Positions 1-9,840 of a stretch of 64,000 nt of DNA are shown one piece after another. The stretch is taken from sequence record OM634661.1. One strand, given 5' to 3'. Each line of letters opens with the position of its first letter. Within the stretch, counting starts at the first letter, position 1. The position numbers and the translations under genes were made by a program. The notes beneath the pieces were generated by a model. It was given only the letters and a program-made list of their open reading frames with translations, had not been told where the DNA came from and did not search any database.

Positions 1-717
1 ACCAATCACGACATAATCTTTCTCACGAATCATCTTCTTTACGAAATTAAGTCCATAAAAAAGAGATCCTTTATCAAAAATTAAGGAACTAGAAGAATTA
101 ATATACTTAGGTCCAGGCTTTCCAAGACCTAATTCTTTATGCATATTTCGATAACTAAATCCAATTGTTCTATTTGAAATATCAATTAAAGGGAAAACAA
201 TTTTATGATGATGCTGACTTTTTAATGTATCAGGAACAGAACCTATTCTGAACTTTTCAATATCAGATTGCGTAAATCCTCTAGAAAATAAATAATTTAA
301 CAACTGTGTAGAAGATTGAAGATCTTTGTAGAAGAGTCTATTGAGATACAATGCTTCGTCATACATTTTATTTTTTCTTTTATCTTCTTCTGAAAGTTCA
401 GCTGTTGGAATTTGAATTCCTTTTAAAAGACAAATCTTTCTCACTGCTTCAATAAAAGAACACTTCTCAACCCACATAACAAAAGAAATAACATCTGATC
501 CTTCTGTAACAGGTTGTTTACCTGCACCACATCCAAAACAACAAAATGTATTGGTTGCTTTAAAAAAGGTAAGAGAAGGAGAATTATCTCCTTTGTGAAT
601 ACATTTGGCTTGATAAACGGCTCCTATTTCATTAAGCTCAAAATATTCAGAAGCTACATCAAATATAGAAATATTTCTAATATCATTTAAAAATTCATCT
701 TTAAATAACTTACCCAT
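1..717 (-). CDS. dnaG: DNA primase, N-terminal 239 aa, truncated by the window edge (absent from the ORF track)
   Basis: Hand translation from ATG 717 (RBS GAGGTG) is open to base 1. It contains the CHC2 zinc finger KCIHKGDNSPSL..FCCFGCG and the DnaG core motif PKYINSSSSLIFDKGSLFYGLN. Confidence 0.92.
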   Translation of the reverse strand, partial: MGKLFKDEFLNDIRNISIFDVASEYFELNEIGAVYQAKCIHKGDNSPSLTFFKATNTFCCFGCGAGKQPVTEGSDVISFVMWVEKCSFIEAVRKICLLKGIQIPTAELSEEDKRKNKMYDEALYLNRLFYKDLQSSTQLLNYLFSRGFTQSDIEKFRIGSVPDTLKSQHHHKIVFPLIDISNRTIGFSYRNMHKELGLGKPGPKYINSSSSLIFDKGSLFYGLNFVKKMIREKDYVVIG

Positions 718-727
718 CTTTTACACC

Positions 728-1126
728 TCAAGAATTTATTAGATTAAATAAATGACTGTCTCTCACCTTTATTTTGACATCTCCCTTGTCAAATACAAAG
801 CCCATAACAGGTCCATATCTAAACTTACCAGGAACACGAGCAAAACAGTTGTCATAATACAGATGAAGAAGAGTATTCATACTATCTGCATCACTTTTAC
901 TTTCTCCATAAAAATCAGCAATGACAGGTTGACTATTTGATGATAATTGTAATTGTAGTGTTTTTGTTTCGTAGTGATATAAAGTAATTTGATAATTATC
1001 TCTATGAAATTCCATTCTATAAACTTCTTCGCCACGTCTGTTATGTCTTACAGTATATTCTGTGGCTCCACTTGATTTCTCATCTTTAATTTTATCGTAC
1101 ATATTTTTAATTAGACCAATATTCAT
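728..1126 (-). CDS. hypothetical protein
   Basis: 132-aa ORF, RBS AAAGGAGG, co-directional with neighbours. Confidence 0.75.
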   Translation of the reverse strand: MNIGLIKNMYDKIKDEKSSGATEYTVRHNRRGEEVYRMEFHRDNYQITLYHYETKTLQLQLSSNSQPVIADFYGESKSDADSMNTLLHLYYDNCFARVPGKFRYGPVMGFVFDKGDVKIKVRDSHLFNLINS

Positions 1127-1148
1127 ATGAAATCCTCCTTTAAAATAG

Positions 1149-1174
1149 AAAAAAGAGACTCAAGTGAGCCTCTT
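1149..1174 (-). terminator. intrinsic terminator
   Basis: AAGAGGCTC-ACTT-GAGTCTCTT followed by a T run. Confidence 0.6.
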
Positions 1175-1176
1175 CA

Positions 1177-1329
1177 ATCCATGTGTTTCATTAATGATTT
1201 AAAGAACTTAAATAAAGGTCTCATAATGAAAGAGAGAATATTGAAAATCAGTTCGATTATTTCTGATAATAAAATAAATCGAAAGATGGAATCTTCTTTC
1301 TTCTCTCTTCTTCTTTTAACCCTACTCAT
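1177..1329 (-). CDS. small amphipathic/hydrophobic protein (50 aa, not in ORF track)
   Basis: MSRVKRRREKEDSIFRFILLSEIIELIFNILSFIMRPLFKFFKSLMKHMD; ATG abuts the upstream TAA and the ORF fills the gap exactly. Confidence 0.55.
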
Positions 1330-1863
1330 TTAAGCCTCTGTTTTTTGTCGATGAATCTCTTCTTTGATACGTTTTTCAGGGGCGAATTTCTCTTCCCAGT
1401 GAGGTGGCTTTTGAATCTTGCCATCTTCTTCTCTATATCTAGGTTTTCCATCTTCCCAAAGTTTACCCATATTTGCATCTTGAACAATTTGAAATAGTGG
1501 ACTAATATTTGTACCAGCTACAACAGCTGTTCCATATGCAAAATATAGCGTATCAACAATAGCATCCATCTGACCAACTAATACATCTTCAACTGGATCT
1601 GCTTTGTCTTCAATCTTTTGGACAGTCTTATCAATGCCTTTTTTAAGTTCATTGACAAAGTGTTTAAACTCATCCATATCACCAGCTGATGTTGCATATA
1701 AAAATTCAACAACTTCTTCTGCTGTCCATACTGCACGAGGAAGTGCAACCTCTTTTGGAATTGCTTTTGGTTTCTCCTCTACAATATGACCAAAGGCTTC
1801 ATGAAACTCTCCTACAAGTTTCTGATGCCCTTTTAATTCTTCTACAAAATTCGATTTACTCAA
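1330..1863 (-). CDS. MazG-like/PRA-PH all-alpha NTP pyrophosphohydrolase (DR2231-like, putative dUTPase)
   Basis: VxEFHEAF, EEVVEFL, DAIVDTLYFAYG, VQDANMGKL and DGKIQKP motifs; TTG start at 1863 after GGAGAGGGG. Confidence 0.75.
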   Translation of the reverse strand: MSKSNFVEELKGHQKLVGEFHEAFGHIVEEKPKAIPKEVALPRAVWTAEEVVEFLYATSAGDMDEFKHFVNELKKGIDKTVQKIEDKADPVEDVLVGQMDAIVDTLYFAYGTAVVAGTNISPLFQIVQDANMGKLWEDGKPRYREEDGKIQKPPHWEEKFAPEKRIKEEIHRQKTEA

Positions 1864-1930
1864 TATGATAATCCCCTCTCCAAAAACTCTATTTATATAA
1901 AATCCATTTTGACTAGCAAAAGTCAAGAGA

Positions 1931-2311
1931 TTAGATGATCATTTTCAAATTCTCTCTTACTTCTTTGATATAATCATTTTCTTCAATATGAAATCTTGAA
2001 AGTTCTTTATTATTGTTCAAGTAGATAATAAAGAACGGATGAGATTTATAATGAACAGAAATTTGTGCAAGATGTTGCGAAACATCATGACTATTTAACT
2101 TTACTAGATATTTAATATCTGTTTCAAATGTATTGAATGTTTCATCTGTATCAGAATAAACAATACTTACTAGATTAGATGAAGGTGTTTTACTGACAAT
2201 GCCAAAATTGAATATATCCGACTCTTCATAGAAATCAGACTTACAAAGAACAAAATCATTCTGTTTTAATTCTTGATGCATATAAAGCCTCCTTTTACAT
2301 TTTAATATCAA
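1931..2311 (-). CDS. hypothetical protein
   Basis: 126-aa ORF overlapping the upstream stop. Confidence 0.65.
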   Translation of the reverse strand: MILKCKRRLYMHQELKQNDFVLCKSDFYEESDIFNFGIVSKTPSSNLVSIVYSDTDETFNTFETDIKYLVKLNSHDVSQHLAQISVHYKSHPFFIIYLNNNKELSRFHIEENDYIKEVRENLKMII

Positions 2312-3065
2312 GTTCCTTTAAAATTTGAGAAAGTGTATTCTCAATTTGTTTCTTATGGTGAAGCTTATTGTTATTTTGATTCCAAGCTCTTAAGTGAACA
2401 AGCCTCTCTAATTCATCTTGAATAAAATTAACCTTTCTGACAATCTGATCTTGAGAAAAATTCTTCTTTTTATACTTATTTACTTCTTCTGTTAGATAGG
2501 TAACTTTTTCTTTCAAATTTTCGTTTTCTTTAGTCATCTCTAAAACTTCTTGTTCATCTGCTAGATCAAGCTTGTTGCTTAAATTTTTAAGAGTTTGATT
2601 CATTTCATTTGGAAGAGAAGATAAGAAATCCTTCATTTGTGAAATCTCTAGTTTGAGATCGCGAATAATTTCTTTATTCTCCATTTCTTTTTCAGTATTA
2701 ACAGAAACAGAAACCTTTCGATCTGATTTAGCATCATCAGACAAAGCTGGTGTGTCATCAAATACAGTTGGAAAATCTGTGTTCATTAAATCTGTAAAAT
2801 CAAAAATGGCTCTAGTATCTCTTGTTGCAGGAGCTACAACTTTAATGTAGCCCATTTGTTTTAGATCTTTCATAAAGATACTGACAGCAGGAGCGTTTTT
2901 AAAAAGATCTGGATATTCAACGTACAAAACTTTTTGAAGAAACTCAATATAAATTTTACCACTTTCTTCTATTGCGTTATTCTTTCCTTCTTCAACAAGT
3001 CTGTTTACAATATTTTTTAATACTTCCACTTGTTCCTGAAACTTTTCTTTATGCTTTACATTCAT
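2295..3065 (-). CDS. hypothetical protein with possible N-terminal winged helix and C-terminal coiled coil
   Basis: 256-aa ORF, RBS GGGGGA; heptad-rich C-terminal half. Confidence 0.7.
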   Translation of the reverse strand: MNVKHKEKFQEQVEVLKNIVNRLVEEGKNNAIEESGKIYIEFLQKVLYVEYPDLFKNAPAVSIFMKDLKQMGYIKVVAPATRDTRAIFDFTDLMNTDFPTVFDDTPALSDDAKSDRKVSVSVNTEKEMENKEIIRDLKLEISQMKDFLSSLPNEMNQTLKNLSNKLDLADEQEVLEMTKENENLKEKVTYLTEEVNKYKKKNFSQDQIVRKVNFIQDELERLVHLRAWNQNNNKLHHKKQIENTLSQILKELDIKM

Positions 3066-3083
3066 TCTAGCTTCCCCCTAAAA

Positions 3084-5009
3084 TTAAAGTCTTTTAATTA
3101 ATGATTTAGGAATTTCTTTAATAAATCTTGATGGTTTACAAAAGATTGGTGAAGATTGACCATACTCATATCTTCTTGAACAATGGCTGATAATAAGTTT
3201 CTTTTCAGCTCTTGTCATGGCAACATAAGCAAGTCTTCTTTCTTCTTCCATGTCCTTTTTATTTGATAAACTTCGACCATGAGGAAAAACTGATTCCTCC
3301 ATACCAATGATGAATACAACTGGATACTCAAGTCCTTTAGAAGAATGAACAGTCATAAGAGTCACAAGATTTTCATCATCAATAGAATCTGCATCATTTA
3401 CAAGTGAAGTTTCAGCAAGAAAATCTTCTAAGGATTTCTCTTCTTCTGCATCTTCTTCCCATTTAGCAGCCATGTTGACAAGTTCATCTAAGTTTTCCAT
3501 ACGAGTCTGATCTTCTTCTTTACCTGTTTGAAGAGATTCAGCATATCCACTTGTAATAATAATTGAGGAAATTAAGTCTGCAACGGTATGGTCTTTACTA
3601 TTAGAAAGTTGTTGATAAGTTTCCATCAATGAAACAAATTGTTTGATACTACCTTTAGCTTTTGCTGAGACTTTAGGAATATCGTCAATGTTGTTTAATG
3701 CTTTAGAAAATGGAATCATATAGTCATCTGCATACTTTTGTATCTTAGTGATAGTTGCAGTACCAATACCTCTTTTAGGTGTATTGATAATACGTTCAAA
3801 AGCAAGCATATCCATTTCGTTATGAATCGCTCTTAAATAAGCTGTAATATCCTTAATTTCTTTTCTGTCATAAAAGGCATGACCATTAACAAGTTGATAA
3901 GGAATTTTAAGCTGATTAAAAACGGTTTCAATAATTCTTGATTGCTTATTTGTTCTATAAAGAACAGCAAAATCTTTATAGCTATGACCTTGAAGTTTAA
4001 CCATCCTGTTAATAACATCAGAAACAAAGTCAGCTTCTCTTCCATCATCATCCAAATTTACAAGATAAATTGGTTCTCCTGGATCATTCTCTGTAAAAGC
4101 TGTCTTGTCTAATCTTTCTTCATTATGCTCAATCACACTATTTGCAGCGTTAACAATGTTTTGTGTTGAGCGGTAGTTCTGTTCAAGCCTATATGTTTTT
4201 AAATTGTCAAAATACTTATCAAAATTTATAATATTTGAGATCTGTGCTCCACGCCATTTATAGATGGATTGAGAATCATCTCCAACCGCATAGAGATTTT
4301 GATGATGAGCAGAGAAGTATTGCATAAGTTTAAACTGAGCAATGTTTGTATCTTGAACTTCATCTACAGATACATATCTAAATTGTCTCTGATAATGTTC
4401 TCTTACTTTTTCAGACACTTCAAACAAATAAACAGTTTTCATAATCAGGTCATCAAAATCAAAGTAATTCATTTCTTTTTTCTTCTCTTCGTATGCAATA
4501 AAGATATGAGCAACATCTTTTTCATGTTGATACTGAGCATTTTGAAGTAAGTCTTCAGGAAGAATCATGTCATTTTTTGCACTGCTGATAATTGATTTAA
4601 CAACATCAATATCATAGTCCAAGTCTGTTAATTCCATAGCTTCTTTTAATAGTTTCTTTTGTTCTTTATCATCAATTATAGTGATCTTATCATATCCAAT
4701 TTCAGATGAATATCTAGCAAGTATTCTATAGCAGATACCATGAAATGTGCCAATCCAAACAGATTCTGCTCGTTCACCAGCCATGCTAATTAATCTTTCT
4801 TTCATCTCTCTAGCTGCTTTATTTGTAAATGTTACAGCTAAAACCTGCCACCCTGGAACACCTTGTTCAAGAATGTATGAAATCCTTCTCGTTAAAGTAG
4901 CTGTTTTTCCTGATCCAGCTGCGGCTAGTACAAGTTTATTCCCTTCTGTATCTTGTACAATTTCTTTCTGGACAGGATTTAAACCTTCTAAGATATGTTC
5001 ATAACTCAA
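3084..5009 (-). CDS. pcrA: PcrA/UvrD-family SF1 DNA helicase
   Basis: AAAGSGKT, VDEVQDTN, VGDDSQSIYKWRGA, LEQNYRST, LMTVHSSKGLEY, EERRLAYVAMTRAE; TTG start at 5009 after GGAGG. Confidence 0.95.
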   Translation of the reverse strand: MSYEHILEGLNPVQKEIVQDTEGNKLVLAAAGSGKTATLTRRISYILEQGVPGWQVLAVTFTNKAAREMKERLISMAGERAESVWIGTFHGICYRILARYSSEIGYDKITIIDDKEQKKLLKEAMELTDLDYDIDVVKSIISSAKNDMILPEDLLQNAQYQHEKDVAHIFIAYEEKKKEMNYFDFDDLIMKTVYLFEVSEKVREHYQRQFRYVSVDEVQDTNIAQFKLMQYFSAHHQNLYAVGDDSQSIYKWRGAQISNIINFDKYFDNLKTYRLEQNYRSTQNIVNAANSVIEHNEERLDKTAFTENDPGEPIYLVNLDDDGREADFVSDVINRMVKLQGHSYKDFAVLYRTNKQSRIIETVFNQLKIPYQLVNGHAFYDRKEIKDITAYLRAIHNEMDMLAFERIINTPKRGIGTATITKIQKYADDYMIPFSKALNNIDDIPKVSAKAKGSIKQFVSLMETYQQLSNSKDHTVADLISSIIITSGYAESLQTGKEEDQTRMENLDELVNMAAKWEEDAEEEKSLEDFLAETSLVNDADSIDDENLVTLMTVHSSKGLEYPVVFIIGMEESVFPHGRSLSNKKDMEEERRLAYVAMTRAEKKLIISHCSRRYEYGQSSPIFCKPSRFIKEIPKSLIKRL

Positions 5010-5080
5010 TGTAATTCCTCCATCTCTGATATTACATATGGTGGGGAAGAGCATTAAACCCTTACCCACCAATGGTTTGA

Positions 5081-6086
5081 TTAGGTTAGTAGATCAATCA
5101 AGAAAGATTTTTCTAAAGTAAAACCAGAGGCTCTAGGGTGTCCTCCTCCTCCATAATACTTAGCTACTTGAGAAAGGTCAACATTTTCTTTAACACCTCT
5201 TAAACTTACTTTCATACTACCAACATCAATTAGCATGATGAAGTCAGCTTCAGGTAATGCGATAGCCATTCTGTTGCCAATTTCTGATCCATACATTTCA
5301 GAAAAAACATATGCACAGTTGTAACCTTGAATCTCTTTATACTGAACTTGCTTCATCTTCTTATCAAAATACTGATCAATAGAGCGTTGGTTTTGATGAA
5401 GGATAGCTTGTTCAACATCAGTAAATAAGATATCTTGGTTGTATTCAATACGATCAATCATGTTATCTGCAAATTCACTTCTTGATTGCAGGTAAAACAA
5501 ATCGTTCCAGAGTTTTGAAAAATCATCCTGATAAAAAGTATACCATTCCCATGTATCATACCTTCGAACAATTTCAGCAAATTCATCCATCTTATCAATA
5601 AGATTGTGACGGTCATAGCCTTCTACATGGAAGATATTTTCATCCGTAAAGAAGATAGATTCATCAGATTTAATATAATCCATAACAAGTGATGTGCCGC
5701 TTGTTTTGTGATTAAATCCATCATTAAAATAGGATTCAGGATATTCAACCTGTACTTTTACCCAAGGATATTTATTTAAATGAAGAGCTGTTTTATGATG
5801 ATCTAACAAGACAACATTTGCTTCATCTTGTTTTTGATGAATATTGTTCAACATTTCAGCAACTTCATCATTGACACTAATATCAGTAATGAAAATATGA
5901 TCATAATTTTTATAATCTCCAGATCTAATGAATTCAGAGATGTGATCATTTACTTTATCATAATCAAGATAATAATAATCAAGATCAAAATCACTGTCAT
6001 GAGCAGCAATTTTTAATAGGATGGCAGAACCAATCCCGTCAAAGATCGGTATGAGTGAAAACTTTAATTCGTTTTGAAATATTCAT
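5081..6086 (-). CDS. DHH/DHHA1 phosphoesterase, interrupted by a 1-nt insertion near 6041-6043
   Basis: ATG 6086 gives MNISKRIKVFTHTDL then TGA. Removing one T restores FTHTDLDGIGSAIL..ITDISV..LLDHHKT..GGGHPRASG (334 aa). Confidence 0.85.
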
Positions 6087-6283
6087 ACCTTACATATCTC
6101 CCTTCTATAACTGTGCATATAGTCACAGATTTCCTCGTATTTTTTATACTTTCTTTCTAAACTCAAATGTTTCTTATTCTTATAAAGAAGTGAAGCAATT
6201 TTTTCAGAGATGTTGTTACCAGTTATGCGAATCATCCATACATCTCCATCAGCTCCTTCATGTCTTTTGGACAATTTACTCAC
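6083..6283 (-). pseudogene. C-terminal remnant of a LAGLIDADG-type homing endonuclease
   Basis: 66 aa; WMIRITGN..IASLLYKN..LSLERKYKKY resembles the C-terminus of phage LAGLIDADG proteins; no LAGLIDADG helix present. Confidence 0.5.
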
Positions 6284-6491
6284 CTAACTTTTCTAATTTT
6301 TGTTTAATAGTTATATAGTGACTGATAAAAGCATCTACATGTTCTGACCAATCATATATTGTAAAATTTTCTTTTGCATGTTTAATCAAATCTTTAAATT
6401 CAGATTCAGTCAGTTTATAATCATTGTCCTCCATTACAGTTCTAAAATCATCTTCTTGTAAAATAAAAATTTTCTCTGACATTTGAAACAT
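6276..6491 (-). CDS. hypothetical protein
   Basis: 71-aa ORF with AAGGAG RBS. Confidence 0.65.
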   Translation of the reverse strand: MFQMSEKIFILQEDDFRTVMEDNDYKLTESEFKDLIKHAKENFTIYDWSEHVDAFISHYITIKQKLEKLGE

Positions 6492-6497
6492 CTCCTT

Positions 6498-6818
6498 TTA
6501 ATTTAATTCAATTCTGGAAGCGGCAAAGTCTAATGCGACATAAATAGACCACTCTTTAAATTGTTCAAAGTTTACTAACTGATCAGTTGGATTACCATTG
6601 TATTCTTTTTTTAAGAATTGAAGAAGTTCTAAAATAGAATCAATATTTTCACAAAAAATATCATGAATATTATCATTATTAATATGAACAAAATGTGTAG
6701 ATCGAGATCCGTTTAAAATAATATTTTTTATATATTTTTCCTTTGTGTTTTTATCTAGATGATTTATTTCATTTTCTAGTATATTGGTTGCCCAATCCAA
6801 AGATTCAATGCTAAACAT
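6498..6818 (-). CDS. hypothetical protein
   Basis: 106-aa ORF, RBS AAGGAGG. Confidence 0.7.
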   Translation of the reverse strand: MFSIESLDWATNILENEINHLDKNTKEKYIKNIILNGSRSTHFVHINNDNIHDIFCENIDSILELLQFLKKEYNGNPTDQLVNFEQFKEWSIYVALDFAASRIELN

Positions 6819-6840
6819 CGCAATACCTCCTTTTGCATAT

Positions 6841-6868
6841 AAAAATGACTAGAAGTTATCTAGTCATT
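6841..6868 (-). terminator. intrinsic terminator
   Basis: AATGACTAGA-TAACT-TCTAGTCATT followed by T residues. Confidence 0.65.
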
Positions 6869-6875
6869 AAGTGTT

Positions 6876-7286
6876 TCATCCATAAACTTTTTGTTTGTAC
6901 GCAGAAGTATTTTTAATAATAAAGTTTCTTTTGTGTTGATTTAAAAGATAATTATAATGTTTTCTACCAATTTTATTAAAGATAAATTTTCTTCTCTTGC
7001 TAATATCATTAATTAAAAAATGAATCTGGCTGTAATCATAATAGTAATGGACTGATCCATCATTTTTCTCAAAAGACTTTTCAACAGTTGGCAATACATT
7101 GTATCTGTATGAAGAAACTTTTCTAGGTTGATGATCAGATACACGAATTGTACATCCTAATCCATAATCAATCTTAATATATATACTTTGTGTTGTCTTG
7201 CTTTTTTGAATATGAACATCAAAATTTTTATTTTTTAAAATCAGAGCTATTCTTTGTGCAATATCTAAAGGTGTCTTCAAGTACAA
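6876..7286 (-). CDS. hypothetical protein
   Basis: 136-aa ORF, RBS AAAGGAGG; S.YIK..IRVSDH motif seen in phage proteins. Confidence 0.7.
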   Translation of the reverse strand: MYLKTPLDIAQRIALILKNKNFDVHIQKSKTTQSIYIKIDYGLGCTIRVSDHQPRKVSSYRYNVLPTVEKSFEKNDGSVHYYYDYSQIHFLINDISKRRKFIFNKIGRKHYNYLLNQHKRNFIIKNTSAYKQKVYG

Positions 7287-7318
7287 ACCTCCTTTTCTAA
7301 ATATATGGTATTGTGCTA

Positions 7319-7347
7319 ATAATACAACTTTATAAAAGTATTTTCAA
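7319..7347 (-). promoter_or_regulatory. sigmaA-type promoter
   Basis: TTGAAA-17 nt-TATTAT upstream of the 6876..7286 RBS. Confidence 0.55.
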
Positions 7348-7385
7348 TTAATGAAACACATTTATAAAATATAGATTAAATTATT

Positions 7386-7862
7386 TTATACAGATCCATA
7401 TCCAATATCATATTGCATAGAAGAATCTTTCCCATTAATATCATAAGCGTTTAATTGAATCATTTCATATTCAAATGTAGGTTCTGAATGCTTTACAAAC
7501 CACATGAATAAACGAAATGTTTCTTCTGCGTCTAAAATAACAATATTTTCATCTCCTACAATGACACGATCTTCAAATTCAAAACCATATTGTTTTAACA
7601 AAGATACAGCTTCTTCTTTAATAATACTATCTTCGAATTCAGATACTAAAAATCTCCAATAATCATCTTTAAATTTTTTATCAATTAAAAGATTTGAATC
7701 ATGCATTTGCATTTGTATTTTCTTACAAGTTTCTTTATATGCATTTTGAATTTGTTTATCAGTTAAGTTTGAAGCAAAATAAAATTCTCTAAACTTACCA
7801 TGACCACCTCCACGACTATCTCCAATAATAAGTCTTTGTAAAAATTCCGTCATAATCATCAA
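7386..7862 (-). CDS. hypothetical protein
   Basis: 158-aa ORF, RBS AAGGAGG. Confidence 0.75.
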   Translation of the reverse strand: MMIMTEFLQRLIIGDSRGGGHGKFREFYFASNLTDKQIQNAYKETCKKIQMQMHDSNLLIDKKFKDDYWRFLVSEFEDSIIKEEAVSLLKQYGFEFEDRVIVGDENIVILDAEETFRLFMWFVKHSEPTFEYEMIQLNAYDINGKDSSMQYDIGYGSV

Positions 7863-7909
7863 TCCTCCTTCTATAATTATAAAAGAAAAAACACCCCATA
7901 TAAAGGGTG

Positions 7910-8320
7910 CTAATCTTTTTTAATAAATAAATTCAAAGCAGCTGCAATGTCATTGGCATAATCTTTGCTAATATAACCAATAATACCTTCGTTCTCATCA
8001 ATTAGACAATCTAAATGATCACTATTGATGGAAGTAATAGCATCTTTTTTATTTTCATCTTCCATGTCTTGATGATAGAAAACTGCTGTTTCATTTTCAT
8101 ACATTTCAGTGATAGTTTCAGTTTGTTCTTTTGTGAATTTAATTTTTGCCATTAAAAAAGACTCCAATTCTTTTTGAGTAAGATCTGAAAGATCCTTATT
8201 GTATTTTACACAATAATTTAATAAAGATGCAATTTTAAATTTGTGTTCACTAGGAATAGCATATATACCATGCTCAAAATCATAATCATTTTTATCATTA
8301 ACAACATCTGACAAAATCAA
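7910..8320 (-). CDS. hypothetical protein
   Basis: 136-aa ORF followed by a hairpin and T run (7886-7911). Confidence 0.7.
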   Translation of the reverse strand: MILSDVVNDKNDYDFEHGIYAIPSEHKFKIASLLNYCVKYNKDLSDLTQKELESFLMAKIKFTKEQTETITEMYENETAVFYHQDMEDENKKDAITSINSDHLDCLIDENEGIIGYISKDYANDIAAALNLFIKKD

Positions 8321-8335
8321 AACCCCTTTCCATGC

Positions 8336-8866
8336 TTATTTTCTTTTATATGTTTTAAAGGTATAAGCATATGGATTAGACTCATCACTTGAATAAGATT
8401 CTTCTGAAACATCCCAAGAACCTTGAATAGATGGGAATTTTGTATCTCCATCTAAATAAGCATTGATAACTGTAAGATAAATGGTGTCAGCATATTCCAT
8501 GAATTGTTCATAGACATTTGCACCACCAATTATAAACACTTCAAAATTATCTGTTGTGCCGTTCTTAGATAAATGTTTCCAACATTCATGCTGAATATAT
8601 CCAAGTGTTTCATCAACAGACTTAGCATAGAGAACATCTTCTCTGAAAATAGAATCATCAATATTTGTTGATAAAACAATATGCTTTCTATTAGGAAGAA
8701 TACCAGGAAGAGACTCAAATGTTTTTCTTCCCATTACAACAATAGAACCATCAGTTAAATGTTTAAATCGTTTTAAATCAGCTTTCATAGAAGAACCCCA
8801 GGGCATATCACCCTGGAATCCAATATTACGATTCTTATCCATTGCAGCAATAATAGAGATACCCAT
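8336..8866 (-). CDS. dfrA: dihydrofolate reductase
   Basis: IIAAMDKNRNIG..MPW, VVMGRKTFESL..LPNRKHIVLS, IIGGANVY, GDTKFP. Confidence 0.95.
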   Translation of the reverse strand: MGISIIAAMDKNRNIGFQGDMPWGSSMKADLKRFKHLTDGSIVVMGRKTFESLPGILPNRKHIVLSTNIDDSIFREDVLYAKSVDETLGYIQHECWKHLSKNGTTDNFEVFIIGGANVYEQFMEYADTIYLTVINAYLDGDTKFPSIQGSWDVSEESYSSDESNPYAYTFKTYKRK

Positions 8867-9780
8867 TAAATAGCTACCTCCATATCAACTTTTTCATTTG
8901 AAACATAATTGCGAATGTTGATATCAGAAATTGTAAAATCATAAAAGCTTTTTACATTCGGGTTCAAATGAAGAGTCGCTGCTTCAAATGATTCTTTTGT
9001 AAGTAAAGAAGTCATAGGTTCAATATGACGATCATAAATGTGTAAATCATTCACATTGAATGTAAGAGTTCCTAATTCAAGATCAGATACTTGAGCAATC
9101 ATTCTTTGTAGTAAATAGTACTGGAAGACATTAAATGGGATGCCTAGACCTAAGTCTCCTGATCTTTGACCAACGATAAGGTGAAGTTTATTATCTCTTA
9201 CAAGCCACTGTGTGTTCCATACACAAGGTTCAAGAGCCATATCATCAAGATCACGAATGTTCCAAAATGAAGTAATTAATCTTCTTGAAGTAGGGTTTAC
9301 TTTTAATTGATACAAAAGATAATCAACCTGAGTAAGTAGATAATAACCTTCTTGTTTATCAGCCCTACTGTTTGGACCAATTTGTTTGGATAGAATCATA
9401 TCAGAAAGTTCATCTGTAATTTTTACTTTTCTACATGCAATGCTATTCTGATATCCATAAGCAGGTCCAATCGTGCCATCTTCTTTCTCCCACTCATTCC
9501 AGATGTTAACGCCTTGACTCTGCATTTCTTTTACTGAGTTCGTTTGTTTTTGGAAAAAGATTAGCATTTCCTTAGCAGCTGTAATAGGAAACATCTTTTT
9601 CTTTGTTAAAAGAGGAACTTCTGAATTGTCCATTTTGATTTGTGTTGAAATAATACTCTTTGTATAAGCAGGTGTACCATCTTCCCACTTTGCTCTAACA
9701 TGGTCATTTTCATTTTGCATGACACCGTTTTGTAAAATATCCTCTATACATTTTGAATAAATCTCATCAAATTTTGCCAT
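8866..9780 (-). CDS. thyA: thymidylate synthase (Bacillus ThyA type)
   Basis: IGPAYGYQ, SRRLITSFWN, LEPCVW (catalytic Cys), QRSGDLGLGIPFN, DLHIYDRH; ATG 9780 after GGAGGAG. Confidence 0.95.
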   Translation of the reverse strand: MAKFDEIYSKCIEDILQNGVMQNENDHVRAKWEDGTPAYTKSIISTQIKMDNSEVPLLTKKKMFPITAAKEMLIFFQKQTNSVKEMQSQGVNIWNEWEKEDGTIGPAYGYQNSIACRKVKITDELSDMILSKQIGPNSRADKQEGYYLLTQVDYLLYQLKVNPTSRRLITSFWNIRDLDDMALEPCVWNTQWLVRDNKLHLIVGQRSGDLGLGIPFNVFQYYLLQRMIAQVSDLELGTLTFNVNDLHIYDRHIEPMTSLLTKESFEAATLHLNPNVKSFYDFTISDINIRNYVSNEKVDMEVAI

Positions 9781-9840
9781 GTTCTCCTCCAAAATAAAGC
9801 GAAGACGGCTAAAAAGCCATCTTCTATGATATATTCTTTG

